From: Octopus bimaculoides
Lineage: Eukaryota
Direction: 5' to 3'
NCBI RefSeq assembly: GCF_001194135.2
Contig: NC_068986.1
Location: 59,649,220-59,713,219, forward strand
DNA: 64,000 nucleotides
Positions 1 to 12,440 of this stretch are shown here, piece after piece (positions within the stretch are counted from its first letter, which is position 1; every line of letters starts with the position of its first letter). A program made the position numbers and the translations under genes. The notes under the pieces were generated by a model, which did no database searches, had not been told where the DNA came from, and was given only the letters and a program-made list of their open reading frames with translations.

Positions 1-22
1 CTATTTTTCTTGTTTTCCTGTC

Positions 23-76
<54 letters not shown>

Positions 77-119
77 CATTATTATTATTTTTATCATAAT
101 AACCATTATTCAAATATGA

Positions 120-520
120 ATTAGAAGCAGCTCAAGGTATATAAACAAAATTGAACACACAGACACAAGGTGTGTATGTGTTGAATACAATTACACAAGG
201 TGTATACATACAAACTAACAACACACAGATCTTGTGTATGTGTGTTCAATTATTATTATTTGACTTGATTCGGGTAAAATTTATGTGGGTAGAGGGTTAC
301 TACTTGTAACCTGAGATATCCATAAGCTTTCCTCAAAACCCTTTTGATAATTTTTACTCTTCCTAAGAGACAAACTTTTTGTAGAAGCTCAACAGGACAT
401 TCCATTCTAATCTCCTTTAACCATCTGTCTATGTTGATATTCACACTACTTAATACACCAGTTACTATAGGCACAACCATTACAGTTTTCATATTCCTAA
501 TTCTCACTATTTCAAATTTT
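120..520 (-). mobile_element. 3' end of an RLE-clade non-LTR retrotransposon (R4/Dong/NeSL-like)
   Basis: ORF 256-507 (VVPIVTGVLSSV...ELLQKVCLLGRVKIIKRVL) resembles the C-terminus of RLE LINEs and runs into (TTA)n at about 25-90. Confidence 0.7.
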
Positions 521-803
521 AAGGGACAGTATTTTTGAAAAAAATTTTGTCTTCTTTCTTTACAGTCCTGGATTCAAATAGATATGATGGACCAAGTAGT
601 AAGCAACTTCGCTTTTCTTTGTCTATTATTATTATATCTGGTTTATTATTTTCTATCTTCGTATCAATTTGAATTGGAAAAGCAAAATCATCAGTGTCCC
701 CATTATGACTTCATAGCAAAATCCATACCTGGACTAAAATTACATTCATGTATCCATTGCAAATAGATGCAGCTTCTTTTATTTTTAACTCTCTTTTATT
801 TAA

Positions 804-922
804 AATAATAATGAAGGGAAATAAGTTAAGAACAATTACATGAAGTTTGGACAGGTGGAATACTTAGTTACTAGAGCAAACATCCCAACCCTGTGACACT
901 CTATAGAACTTAGAATATGTAG
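804..922. repeat. 119-bp direct repeat, copy 1
   Basis: Matches 1653-1771 with 5 mismatches counted by eye. Confidence 0.9.
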
Positions 923-1186
923 TACCATGTATCTGTACTTGCTAAGTTCCTCTCCTGATAGCAGTTGTCTGCTTTTCTATTTATGAATATATTGTATATA
1001 CAAACATTGCTTACATTCATTATAACAGGGTGATGGCTAAAAAAATCTTTTCCTTCAAACACGTATATGTCGAAATCTATGGGAGTGATCATCATTATTA
1101 TTATTATTATTACTGATATTATTTCACATTAAGATTTCATAGGATGCAAAAGAAAAACAAAGAGAGGATTGAAAATTTCAACTCAC

Positions 1187-1384
1187 TTTGTCCAGAGTAC
1201 GGTAAATTTTCCTTGTACCCTCCACCTTTTCTCTTGTTGCTTCTAAATCCTTAATAAATTGTTTCAAGTGAACTTTTAGACCTTTTACAAGGTCCCTATA
1301 GCCGGTTGCAGAGTCAGTGGAAATCCCAGACTGTGCGAGCATACACGCCTCTTCCACCAAGTCATTCCCCTTGTCGATGTATGT
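1187..1384 (-). CDS. PLEKHG4-like: Internal coding exon D (TYIDKGNDLVEEACMLAQSG...IYRTLDK)
   Basis: 198 nt = 66 codons, tttcag acceptor, gtgagt donor, phase 0-0. Continues the helical repeat from exon C (DYFSAM|TYIDKG). Family assignment from recalled similarity, not a database search. Confidence 0.85.
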
Positions 1385-1475
1385 CTGAAATACGAATAAG
1401 TGAAAGAAGTTTAAAAGATTAATAAGATTAACAAAAACAAAATTATTATTAATAAAAGCAAGAATGATTTTTATA

Positions 1476-1507
<32 letters not shown>

Positions 1508-1652
1508 GTTAGTTTAATGATTTATTATCATCAGTCTTCCAAATAAAAGAAACAAATGAACAAATATACAGAAGTAATTTAGGTATTTTTATTGGCATGT
1601 TTTTATTGGCATGAGGGTATAAGAGATCAAGAACAAGAACAATAATAAAAAT

Positions 1653-1771
1653 AATAATAATGAAGGGGAATAAGTTAAGAACAATTACATGAAGTTTGGA
1701 CAGGTGGAATATTTAGTTTCCAGAGCAAACATCCCAACTCTGTGACACTCTATAGAACTTAGAATATGTAG
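1653..1771. repeat. 119-bp direct repeat, copy 2
   Basis: Matches 804-922; the pair brackets exon D. Confidence 0.9.
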
Positions 1772-1936
1772 ATATTGCAGGAGAGAGAGAGAGAAAGTGA
1801 ACATAATCTTCCCACTTCACAAAAGATGTAAGTTCATCTTGTGATGTAACTAACTTTCCTTCTATCTCTCCCCCTCTCTCTCTCTCATGTGCATGCATAC
1901 CTACCAATCTATCCATATATATGCATATGTTTTGAA

Positions 1937-1997
<61 letters not shown>

Positions 1998-2442
1998 ATA
2001 ATTGTGTATGTGGGGCAGTGTGCATGGGAGCATGTGTGTTTGTTAGTGTGCTGGACAAAATTTCTTGTGTTGTTTCTTCTGGTTCCTGAAGTTCAAAGTT
2101 CAAATCTTGTTGGGATCAACTTTGCCTTCTTTCCTCTCAGATGAATAAAATAACGTAACAGTTCATGGGAGTGGATCAGCGGAATTGTTAGAGCATTGGT
2201 ATTTGTGGTATTTGCTCCAGTTTCTAGTGTTACAAGTTCGTTTGTGAAAACACTGCTATCAAACAAGATCAAGCTTTGTGTTTCCCTTGTATAGTGTAAG
2301 TGGCATATCACTTTGCTTGAAAACAAGAGAGGATTGGGAACAGGAAGGGTATCTGGCCAAAGAAAACCTGCCTCAACAAAATGCATCTGTCCCATGCAAA
2401 CATGGAATAATGGATGTTACATAATGATGATAGGTGCGCACG

Positions 2443-2499
<57 letters not shown>

Positions 2500-2703
2500 N
2501 NNNNNNNNNNNNNNNNNNNNNNNNNNNNNNNNNNNNNNNNNNNNNNNNNNNNNNNNNNNNNNNNNNNNNNNNNNNNNNNNNNNNNNNNNNNNNNNNNNNN
2601 NNNNNNNNNNNNNNNNNNNNNNNNNNNNNNNNNNNNNNNNNNNNNNNNNNNNNNNNNNNNNNNNNNNNNNNNNNNNNNNNNNNNNNNNNNNNNNNNNNNN
2701 NNN

Positions 2704-2748
<45 letters not shown>

Positions 2749-2853
2749 AAGTTATTAATTAATGATTTATCAGTGGCCAGTGTACAAAAAAACCATACAG
2801 GTTAAATTAATATTTAAAGTATAATTATAAATATATAATTATAATTAAGGGCA

Positions 2854-3090
2854 CTGGAGGGACAGCATTTGTATGCTTCAAATAGATGTCAAATGACTAC
2901 AAACCATTTAGGTTAACACTCCATTTATCACAAGGTTGTATGCAAGGAAAATGGACAAAAAAGGATTTATAAAAATAGTGGAAAATATTGTCTAAAATAT
3001 TTTTATAGATCCTTTTTTTGTCCATTTTCCTCGCATACAGCCTTGTAATAAATGGAGTGTATTTCAAGTGTACAGGTGCTGTCCCTCCAG
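2854..3090. repeat. Nested inverted repeat / hairpin
   Basis: Outer 14-bp perfect arms 2854-2867 and 3077-3090; inner ~62-bp arms 2916-2977 and 2998-3060; 20-nt loop. Confidence 0.9.
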
Positions 3091-3140
3091 CACTCTTTTT
3101 TATAATGATACATTTATAATTATACTTTATGTATGTATGC

Positions 3141-3173
<33 letters not shown>

Positions 3174-3188
3174 TGTATTATCTATCTG

Positions 3189-3240
<52 letters not shown>

Positions 3241-3252
3241 CCTACCTATCTA

Positions 3253-3299
<47 letters not shown>

Positions 3300-3369
3300 T
3301 GCATTGCTATACTCAAGAAAACCCACCTACCACAAAAGAATTGATATCCTAAAATCAAGAGGTGCCATG

Positions 3370-3560
3370 TAAAAAGCATTGGCGTGGCTGCTAGTGTAAA
3401 AAGCACCAAGTACACTCTGTAAAGTGACTGGCATTAGGAAAGGCATCTAGCTGTAGAAACCAAGCCAAAATAGACTATAAAACCTGATGCAGCCTTTGGC
3501 CTTGCCAGTTCCTCTGTCAAGCTACCCAACCCATGCCAACATGGAAAATGGAGGTTAAAT
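3370..3560 (+). mobile_element. RTE LINE 3' tail fragment
   Basis: aggaaaggcatctagctgtagaaac...ccaacccatgccaacatggaaa...gttaaat matches the tail that follows RTE coding remnants at 26257-27045. Confidence 0.7.
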
Positions 3561-3616
3561 GCTGCTGCTCGTGCTGATGATTATGATATATATATATATA
3601 TAAATATTAATATCTC

Positions 3617-3707
<91 letters not shown>

Positions 3708-3711
3708 TCAT

Positions 3712-3990
3712 ATGGCCTAGTTGTTAGGGTGTTGCACTAATGATTGTGAGACCATGGTTTCAATTCTTAGATCAGGTGGTGTGTTGGTTTCTTGAGCAAA
3801 ACTCTTCATCTCACATTGCTCTGTGATCACTTTAATGCCTGACACATGGTGCACTGTGTGCCTGTTGAGGCACTATTGATTTGATGGAGAGAGTGAGCTA
3901 ATGTACAACCCATACATTTCATCACTACGAACAAGTCATTTGTGCAGGTCATTTAACAAAAACTGAACACTCATACATCGTCTTTGACAG
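3712..3990 (+). mobile_element. tRNA-derived SINE
   Basis: A-box-like tggcctagttgttag and B-box-like ggtttcaattc, followed by a CORE-like ttcttgagcaaaactcttcatctc segment. Confidence 0.6.
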
Positions 3991-4237
3991 GAGAGTCCAT
4001 CATATATAGATATAGATATAGATCCACACGCACATAATGATATTGAACTGTCTATAGCTTCTATTGGTTTTGTTATAGTTGCTATAGTGGTTATTCAGTC
4101 CAATGTCAAATCTTCAAGTCTGAGAGATCAAGGTCATTGTAAACCTGCTAGAAATAGCAATCAAGCTCATAATAAAAGCTCTGTATATATGTCAGATAAA
4201 AAGACCGTCATATTGGAAGACATAGTTCGTGGCGCTC

Positions 4238-4296
<59 letters not shown>

Positions 4297-4755
4297 TTTC
4301 TTAATATCAAATATACTTTGCATAAATATTTCACAAATATTTCAAATAATTAAAAAAATAAAGGTTAGTTGGGTGTATGCATAATGAAGCACAAATAATA
4401 CACACATACACACACACATAATATTATATACATAAATATATGTGTATGTATCTGGGTGTGTGTGTATCTACATGAATATAGGCGTGTGTATGTTATATAA
4501 TAGGAATTAGGGAAGGGAGGCAAAATAAAAACAACGAGGAGAAGGAAGGGTAATTAATACACAGACAAGATAGACTGATATATACCGAGCACTAAACGAA
4601 AAATGGGTGGGGTGAAATAGTGATCTTATATAAATATTGATATAAAGCAGTTGCACGTGATCAGAACAAATATATTGTAAATACACAAAATAGAAATGAA
4701 TTTTCCATATTTTACTGTTTCTTCAGAACACACACACATACACACACAGAAACAT

Positions 4756-4816
<61 letters not shown>

Positions 4817-4916
4817 GGAGGTTGAATTGGTAGAGCTTTGCAAAATTTATTCCAGTTCTCTGCACTCAGAACTTAATTCTGCTGGAATAAACTTTGTTTT
4901 TCCGCCCTTGGGGTCA

Positions 4917-5280
4917 AGGCATGGCTATATGATAAGAAACTTGCTTCCCAACCATATGGTCCCAAGTTCAGACCTGGGAAATTGGACAAGTGTCTTCTAC
5001 TATAGCCTCGAGCCAACCAAAGCCATGTGGGTGGATTTGGCAGACAGAAACTGAAAGAAACCTGTTATGTATGTGTGTGTGTGTGAGTGTTTGTCCCCCA
5101 TCACTGCTTGATGACCAGTGTTAGTGTGTTTACATACCCGTTACTTAGTGGTTTGGTAAGAGAGACTGATACAAGCTTTAAAAAAGTAAGTACTGGAGTC
5201 AATTCATTGAACTAAAAGCTTCTTCAAGGTGGTGCCCCAGTATGGTCACAGTGTAATGACTGAAATGAGTAAAAGATAGA
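4917..5280 (+). mobile_element. SINE family B copy (tRNA head, CORE-like body, internal (TG)n)
   Basis: aagaaacttgcttcccaaccatatgg...ggatttggcagacagaaactgaaagaa. Related copies at about 7668, 9365, 16005(-), 19750(-), 27076, 27690, 30600(-), 32724, 43068, 46385(-), 48155(-) and 62165(-). Confidence 0.8.
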
Positions 5281-5977
5281 ACATACTAGTACAGATTGAT
5301 GGCTTGACAGAATTGCTAATGTTGGACTGGTCTACTTTACATTATTCATTCCAGCTCCTTGTATTCTGATGACAAAACCTGGGATAATATTGGATCAAGT
5401 TTTATCAGCCGGTGTTTCCTTTGGACAACCTTTGATAGAGTGCAGAAAGGAAATGTTTCTGCATGGGCAACAGCTGGTCTTCCATAATGACTGTCCAAGT
5501 CTGTGTCTTTCAAAGAAACATTCCAGGTAGAGATCCATTGTCAACTGTAATATCATTTCTATCCTGCTGCTCTCTTCTGCATTCCCCATCTTCCTTAACT
5601 CAAACATCATTGACCATCCCCCATTACTATATACACCACTTCCTACATCCACCCTTCAACCCTACATTCTCCTACCTCTTACTACCCCCTGTACTCATAC
5701 ACCTAGTTCCCTGAACCCACTCACTTCTACTCACTTCATATCTTAAAGTGTTATCTGGATATCTTGTCACTACTGTTTATTTCTTTGCAGCTACTACTGA
5801 TTCATTCTCGCTCTCTCCTCTAAATGTGAATATCCATGTAGCTCCTATACAACAATAACCTGATCCACACCACACACTTCTCTTATACCTTAATCCTCAT
5901 CTTCTAGCATAAAGCCACTCTAATAGGTTAACAGAGGGAGGACAAAAGAGAAATGGTGTAGTTAGGTGGGCTGCATT

Positions 5978-5981
<4 letters not shown>

Positions 5982-6068
<87 letters not shown>

Positions 6069-6205
6069 GAGAGAAGGAGAGAGAGAAGGAGAGGAGAGAG
6101 AGAAAGAGGAGAGGAGAGAGAGAAAGAGAAGGAGAGGAGAGAGAGAAAGAGAAGGAGAGGAGAGAGAGAAAGAGGAGGAGAAAGAAAGAGGAGAGAGAGA
6201 AAAAG
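5982..6205 (+). repeat. (GA)n and polypurine tract
   Basis: More than 200 nt of almost pure A/G. Confidence 0.95.
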
Positions 6206-6402
6206 AGGTGGATGGGGGAAGTGATGACCAATATAACATGTGGGTGGAGAGGACAATATTAAGGGATGAAAATGGATAGCAAGAAAGAAATAAAATGGTA
6301 TAATGGGAAAGATACAGTGGGAGAAATAAAGGGTGGAGTGAGTGGTATGAGGAGAAAACAAATTACAGTGTCTATTTGCATGTACACACAGACATGTACA
6401 CA

Positions 6403-6478
6403 CACACACTCACATGCAAATACACTAAACACTCACATGCAAATACACTAAACACTCACATGCAAATACACTAAACAC
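6403..6478 (+). repeat. 23-bp tandem repeat, about 3 copies
   Basis: Unit aaacactcacatgcaaatacact. Confidence 0.9.
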
Positions 6479-6539
6479 ACACACACACAAACACACAGAG
6501 AAATACACATACACACACATATAATGCTTCCAGAAGATA

Positions 6540-6925
6540 GTTTTGATGTGGTATTAGGCCTTTTTGACAATCATGTATTGTCAGACATCCTGGTCCTTTG
6601 TCATCTCTTCTGTAACACTCTGGGTCCTGAGGTCAGCATTCACCACTTCATTCCATGTCTTCCACGGTCTCCTTTGTCCACAAGTTCCAGCTATGTCAAG
6701 CGATCAGCACTTCTGTATCCAACTATCCTGATCCATATGCAACACGTCTATACTCACACAGTCATCTGATTCTTCTTACACCTAGTTTTTCTCTCAGCAT
6801 ATTTGTATTGGGTCATCCCATAAATAATCTAAATAGATTTTATTCCACCAGGGTTTGCAGGATGTTCTTGTCAGGCTCAACAGATCTTCCAGCATGAGCT
6901 CATCTTCTAGGCTATAGTTTCCAAC
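6540..6925 (-). mobile_element. Degraded RTE LINE C-terminal fragment
   Basis: Minus strand reads MLREKLGVRRIR, followed by a degraded GRPRKTW.EVV..DL...MTKD-like region with stops and frameshifts. Confidence 0.6.
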
Positions 6926-6927
6926 TC

Positions 6928-7102
6928 AGAATTTCTGGAACCACTGTTGACACTGGCGTATGCTTATTGTCCTATCCCCATATACTGCATTAATATCCCT
7001 CACACTTTCCGTTACATTGTTGCCGTTATTGAACTCATAAAGCAAAATATGCCAAACATGTTCCTTTGTCACTTCCATTACAGCTTTGAAAAAATAACTG
7101 TT
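6928..7102 (-). mobile_element. Mariner transposase N-terminal HTH fragment
   Basis: MEVTKEHVWHILLYEFNNGNNVTESVRDINAVYGDRTISIRQCQQWFQKF matches the mariner DNA-binding N-terminus; bounded by an N-gap. Confidence 0.85.
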
Positions 7103-7592
7103 NNNNNNNNNNNNNNNNNNNNNNNNNNNNNNNNNNNNNNNNNNNNNNNNNNNNNNNNNNNNNNNNNNNNNNNNNNNNNNNNNNNNNNNNNNNNNNNNNN
7201 NNNNNNNNNNNNNNNNNNNNNNNNNNNNNNNNNNNNNNNNNNNNNNNNNNNNNNNNNNNNNNNNNNNNNNNNNNNNNNNNNNNNNNNNNNNNNNNNNNNN
7301 NNNNNNNNNNNNNNNNNNNNNNNNNNNNNNNNNNNNNNNNNNNNNNNNNNNNNNNNNNNNNNNNNNNNNNNNNNNNNNNNNNNNNNNNNNNNNNNNNNNN
7401 NNNNNNNNNNNNNNNNNNNNNNNNNNNNNNNNNNNNNNNNNNNNNNNNNNNNNNNNNNNNNNNNNNNNNNNNNNNNNNNNNNNNNNNNNNNNNNNNNNNN
7501 NNNNNNNNNNNNNNNNNNNNNNNNNNNNNNNNNNNNNNNNNNNNNNNNNNNNNNNNNNNNNNNNNNNNNNNNNNNNNNNNNNNNNNNNNNNN

Positions 7593-7637
<45 letters not shown>

Positions 7638-8205
7638 TACATAGAAAAAAATTAGCACATGTATGGCTGCATGGTTAGGAATTTTACTTCACGAGCATGT
7701 AATTTCATGTTCAGTTCCACTTTGCAGTATCTTGGTGTGTATCTTCTACTATAACTCATGGGCTGACTAATGTTTTGTAGGTAAATTTGGTAGATGATAA
7801 CTGCAGTAAATCTATTATATATACACACACTTCTGTGTGTGTGTGTGTGCATGCAAATGTACATGAATGTTGATATTTTGTTTGTTACTTTTTGAGCAAA
7901 ACAGTGGTGATATTTGCATTCCTAGTTAACATGAAAACTAGATTCTCTGAGCCTTTGAAGACCTGTGGAATATAAAATTTCCTCCACTGAAAACAGGTGG
8001 GGGTTGGTGACAGGAAGAGTATCTGACCATGAAGGCTGCCTCACAATCAGCACCCATCCAAGTCATGCTAGTATGGATAAATTGCTTGTCAAGTATATCC
8101 ATGGTAACATGGATAAACAACAATACACTGGCGTTGCCATGGCAACAAACAGTTTTGACTTCCATTTGGTATGACACTGGACTTATTCCACTGGTTAAAA
8201 ATATG

Positions 8206-8826
8206 GGATCTATTTCAAAACGGGGGCACCAGTATTTTCTTACCGAAACACTAACGAAACACTTTGAAACTTGGGACACTGGTAGAATGTGTCATATAAA
8301 ACATCTTTTACTCTTAGTCTTCTTAATAAAAAAACGTACATCGCAAGTTATTCCATGTTAAAGTTGTCGTATTTCTGTAATTTCAACCAATCACTGACGT
8401 CTATTCAGCTGAATAGAGTTACTGCTGGGCGGTCATAAAAATGTTATTCCCTGTGACATATTTCATCCAGTTTAATCGTAATTTATACGCATATATTGTT
8501 TATATAATAAATTACGCTGTGCGTATCTATGTGTGTAACAATTTTAGAGTTCGGATTCTAGAGTTAGGGTTAGTTTTAGGGTTAGGGTTAGGGGATTAAT
8601 ACGATATACACCGTTACAGCGCTGTTTTCAACTGAATAGACGTCAGTGATTAGTAGAAATTATCGAAATAAGACAATTTTTTACATGAAATAAATTCGAA
8701 TACAAAAATTTTTTTCTGTTCTATAACACAAAATAGATAAGTATACGAAGTTTGAAAGTCTTTCGGTACCAAAAACACTACATAAAACATAAATGAAAAC
8801 TGGTGCCCCCGTTTTGAAATAGATCC
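8206..8826. mobile_element. 621-bp MITE with perfect 27-bp TIRs and 8-bp TSD (Merlin-like?)
   Basis: TIR ggatctatttcaaaacgggggcaccag at 8206-8232 and its reverse complement at 8800-8826. TSD aaaatatg at 8198-8205 and 8827-8834. Internal 25-bp inverted repeat and TTAGGG units. Confidence 0.9.
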
Positions 8827-9517
8827 AAAATATGTAACTTTAGATGTTTCTAATTTTTTTATTATTCATTTTTCGAAGGAAAAAGAAAATGAATGCAATT
8901 TTCATCAGCAGTGTGGAAAATTTGAAAAAAATCTATTGAGAACTGAGAAATTTGCAAGTGGTTGGAAGAAAACAAAAAAAGCCCAATCAAAATTGTATCT
9001 CATAAACTTAGACTGCCATCACCCTTTTTACATCCTAGTGCATTCTCCAACTTGTTCTCCCTTCATCTGTCTATCTGCTACTACTACTATAAACATCAAT
9101 GCCTAATCTTTCTTCTTTAACACTAATGACTTGTTTCTTTATAGAAATGGTAGCCTCTCATATACAGGCATATAAACATGGTTAACAGTTATTCCTTACA
9201 AGCATTTTTTCTTTCATTCATTGAAATTTAAGAAAAAGAAAGAAAATAAAAAGTCTATCAATTCATATGTCTCTCCTGTGCAAAGTATCTTGCTTTAATT
9301 ATCTCAACTATCAACAGTTGTCCAGAAAGATCTTATGTAACAAAATATGGCTTGAATCAGTCTCTTTCTGTGTGGTAAGAAGCTTGCTTCCCAACCACAT
9401 GGTTATGGGTTCAATCCCACTGCATAGCACCTTGGGCAAGTATCTTCTACTATAGCCTAGGGCCAACCAAAGCCTTGTGAATGAATTTGGTAGACAGAAA
9501 CTGAAAGAAGCCTGTCG

Positions 9518-9568
<51 letters not shown>

Positions 9569-10487
9569 NNNNNNNNNNNNNNNNNNNNNNNNNNNNNNNN
9601 NNNNNNNNNNNNNNNNNNNNNNNNNNNNNNNNNNNNNNNNNNNNNNNNNNNNNNNNNNNNNNNNNNNNNNNNNNNNNNNNNNNNNNNNNNNNNNNNNNNN
9701 NNNNNNNNNNNNNNNNNNNNNNNNNNNNNNNNNNNNNNNNNNNNNNNNNNNNNNNNNNNNNNNNNNNNNNNNNNNNNNNNNNNNNNNNNNNNNNNNNNNN
9801 NNNNNNNNNNNNNNNNNNNNNNNNNNNNNNNNNNNNNNNNNNNNNNNNNNNNNNNNNNNNNNNNNNNNNNNNNNNNNNNNNNNNNNNNNNNNNNNNNNNN
9901 NNNAAACAAATGCTATGTAAACAAAAGAATAAGACACTTGATAACAACTGGAAATCAAACTGATCAAAATGAAGTGTAGATGTAAAAAAAAAAAAATTCC
10001 TCTCCAAAAAATTCTTGAAAACAAAATTCTTTTAAACAGCAATTCGTTTCAGATATTTGGATATTTCATAATAAAAATATTAAAGATATAAAAATTGTAC
10101 ATTTACACAAGACAATTTTATTTAATTACAATAATTAAACTTGGTTGTTTTTTCTTTATTCTTGTAAGATGACTGTGGATTAATCACCATAAAATGTATC
10201 TAGTTTGACTACAGTTGACTGAAACTAGTAAATAAATACCTTTGTGCTGCAAATCTATAGATAAAATTAGGGTGATGAGATTGACTTTTCAAAGCAGCAG
10301 ATAAATATAGACAAGATATATGTAGTAATTAACATACTTCAAAATGTCTTTTCACAAGTACATGAAAGTTTATTTATATACATAAAGTGTTTGCAGAAGT
10401 ATAGTAATATCTATAAATGGATGCAAGTATAAATTAAGTCAGTGGTTGGAATAGAGATGTGTATGACTGAAAGAAAATTACTATCCT

Positions 10488-10528
<41 letters not shown>

Positions 10529-11605
10529 CAAACACATACATATACAGAAGAAAATGTGGGAAAAAGTGGTAATGACTGAGAGAAGAATGTTGAGCCTAAC
10601 AGAAAAGATGACAAAGAGCCATGATGAATAGAGAAAAATACTGTATTGAAACTGATCTGTGTAACCCATGCTAGCATATAACAGCAAACATGATGATGAT
10701 GACGATGAGAACGACGACGATGAGAACGACGACGATGATGATGATGCCAAATTTATTGCAGTTTGCCTCAAATGAAAGGGTTTATCATAACACTGTAAGT
10801 GTTCAATTAAACATCTATCTTCGATTATGTATTATTTTACTTGATATTTGAAATTATTATGAATATTCACAATGGAGCTTCATTTCAATAAATTCATTTG
10901 TTTCTTCAATTATCTTGCTGCTGTTGTTAATATTTTTTTTACATTTCTGTTGTCTGTAATTTTTGCATTATCAAAAATTATGTGAATGCCTTACAATACT
11001 TCATTGTTAGGGCTTTGCATTGAATAAAATTGATAAAGTGCTTGCAAGCCCCAATGGATTTTCAATTTGTATTAATTCTTTGAGAGCAGGAATTTTATTT
11101 TCTCCGAGTGAAATGTAATCATGCAGAACTCTGATCAAAGGAATTCTAGTTGTGACCATGCTGGTTTTTATTTCTTTTTTTCACACTTGACATATCTAAA
11201 ATTACACCAGTTAGTGTATACTTCCTTGTTCCTGTTTAACCCCAGGGTAACCCAAATCAAGCAGAATTATAATTAAATTCATTCTAGCCATGGTCATCTC
11301 ATAATTTTTTTTTTCAGATATGGTACATTCAGTACTACAATATCCAAAGTGTCACTATTTTTATGGTGTTGGAGTTTGGTTTGAGGGAGATTTAATTACT
11401 ATTTGATTGCTGCCATGAAGAATCACAGAAGTCACAGAATAAAAATTTCCATTGCAATTCCTGTCAGAAATGTTCTGTGAACTGAGTTCCAAAATTTCCA
11501 AAACTTCAATTGTTTTTCTAGACTTACAAACAACAGTCATGGATTTCTAATAATTTTGTTAATTTGAAGGTTTAAGAAATACTGCAAATATTTGACAGAG
11601 ACATC

Positions 11606-11670
<65 letters not shown>

Positions 11671-11676
11671 CAATAA

Positions 11677-12440
11677 GCAGAGACTGAAGGAATTTTAATT
11701 GCAGCACAAGACCAAAGCTTCCCCACCAGAAATTACCAAAAACATATAATGAAAAGAAACATAACAAGTAACTGCAGAATATGTGGAGATGGACAAGAAA
11801 CAATAAATCATATTATCTCTGGCTGCCCAGTCCTGGCTAAGAAGGAATATATTCACAGACATGACAGAGTTGGGATCTACATACACTAGAAGCTATACCA
11901 ACACTATGGAATAACAATAGAAAAAAGATGGTATAGGCACACACCAGAAAAGGTCACAGAAAACGAGAAAGTAACCATACTCTGGAATATGCCAATACAC
12001 ACAGATAGAGAAATTAAGGCCAATAGGCTAGATATAGTTGTCAGAGATCATGAAGAAAAAAAATGCTTTCTAATTGATGTATCAATACCAGCAGATGACA
12101 ATGTTTCTCTAAAAGAAATGGAAAAACTTTCAAAATACAAAGACCTGGAAATAGAGGTAACTCGAATGTGGAATCTAAAAACAGAAACAATTCCTATCAT
12201 AGTAGGTGCCTTAGGTATGATAAAAAAATATTCAGACAAATACATAACAAAAACACCAGGACTTACAAATATATATAACATACAGAAAATTGCACCACTG
12301 GGCACTACACACATCCTATGCAAAACACTTTCAATACAGTAACCATAAGAGGATCACAGCAAACCACAGTGCATACCCAAGGCACACAGAGCTGCGCTCG
12401 GTAGTGAAGTCAAAGCACGTTATAAAAATAAAACTACTGA
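11677..12440 (+). mobile_element. 5'-truncated Dong/R4-like LINE (CCHC knuckle + RLE endonuclease)
   Basis: One frame 11677-12342 with a single stop (11887-11889): CRICGDGQETINHIISGC...HRHDRV...NRLDIVVRDHEEKKCFLIDVSIP...EKLSKYKDL. Preceded by (AAT)n at 11606-11676 and followed by an AAT-like tail. Confidence 0.9.

Noticed and set aside
3712-3790. tRNA gene candidates (also all SINE heads)
   Set aside because: A/B boxes are present but no intact cloverleaf was seen, and they continue into SINE bodies.
5395-5714. ORFs 5395-5652 and 5463-5714
   Set aside because: Probably decayed LINE sequence; no motif could be assigned confidently.
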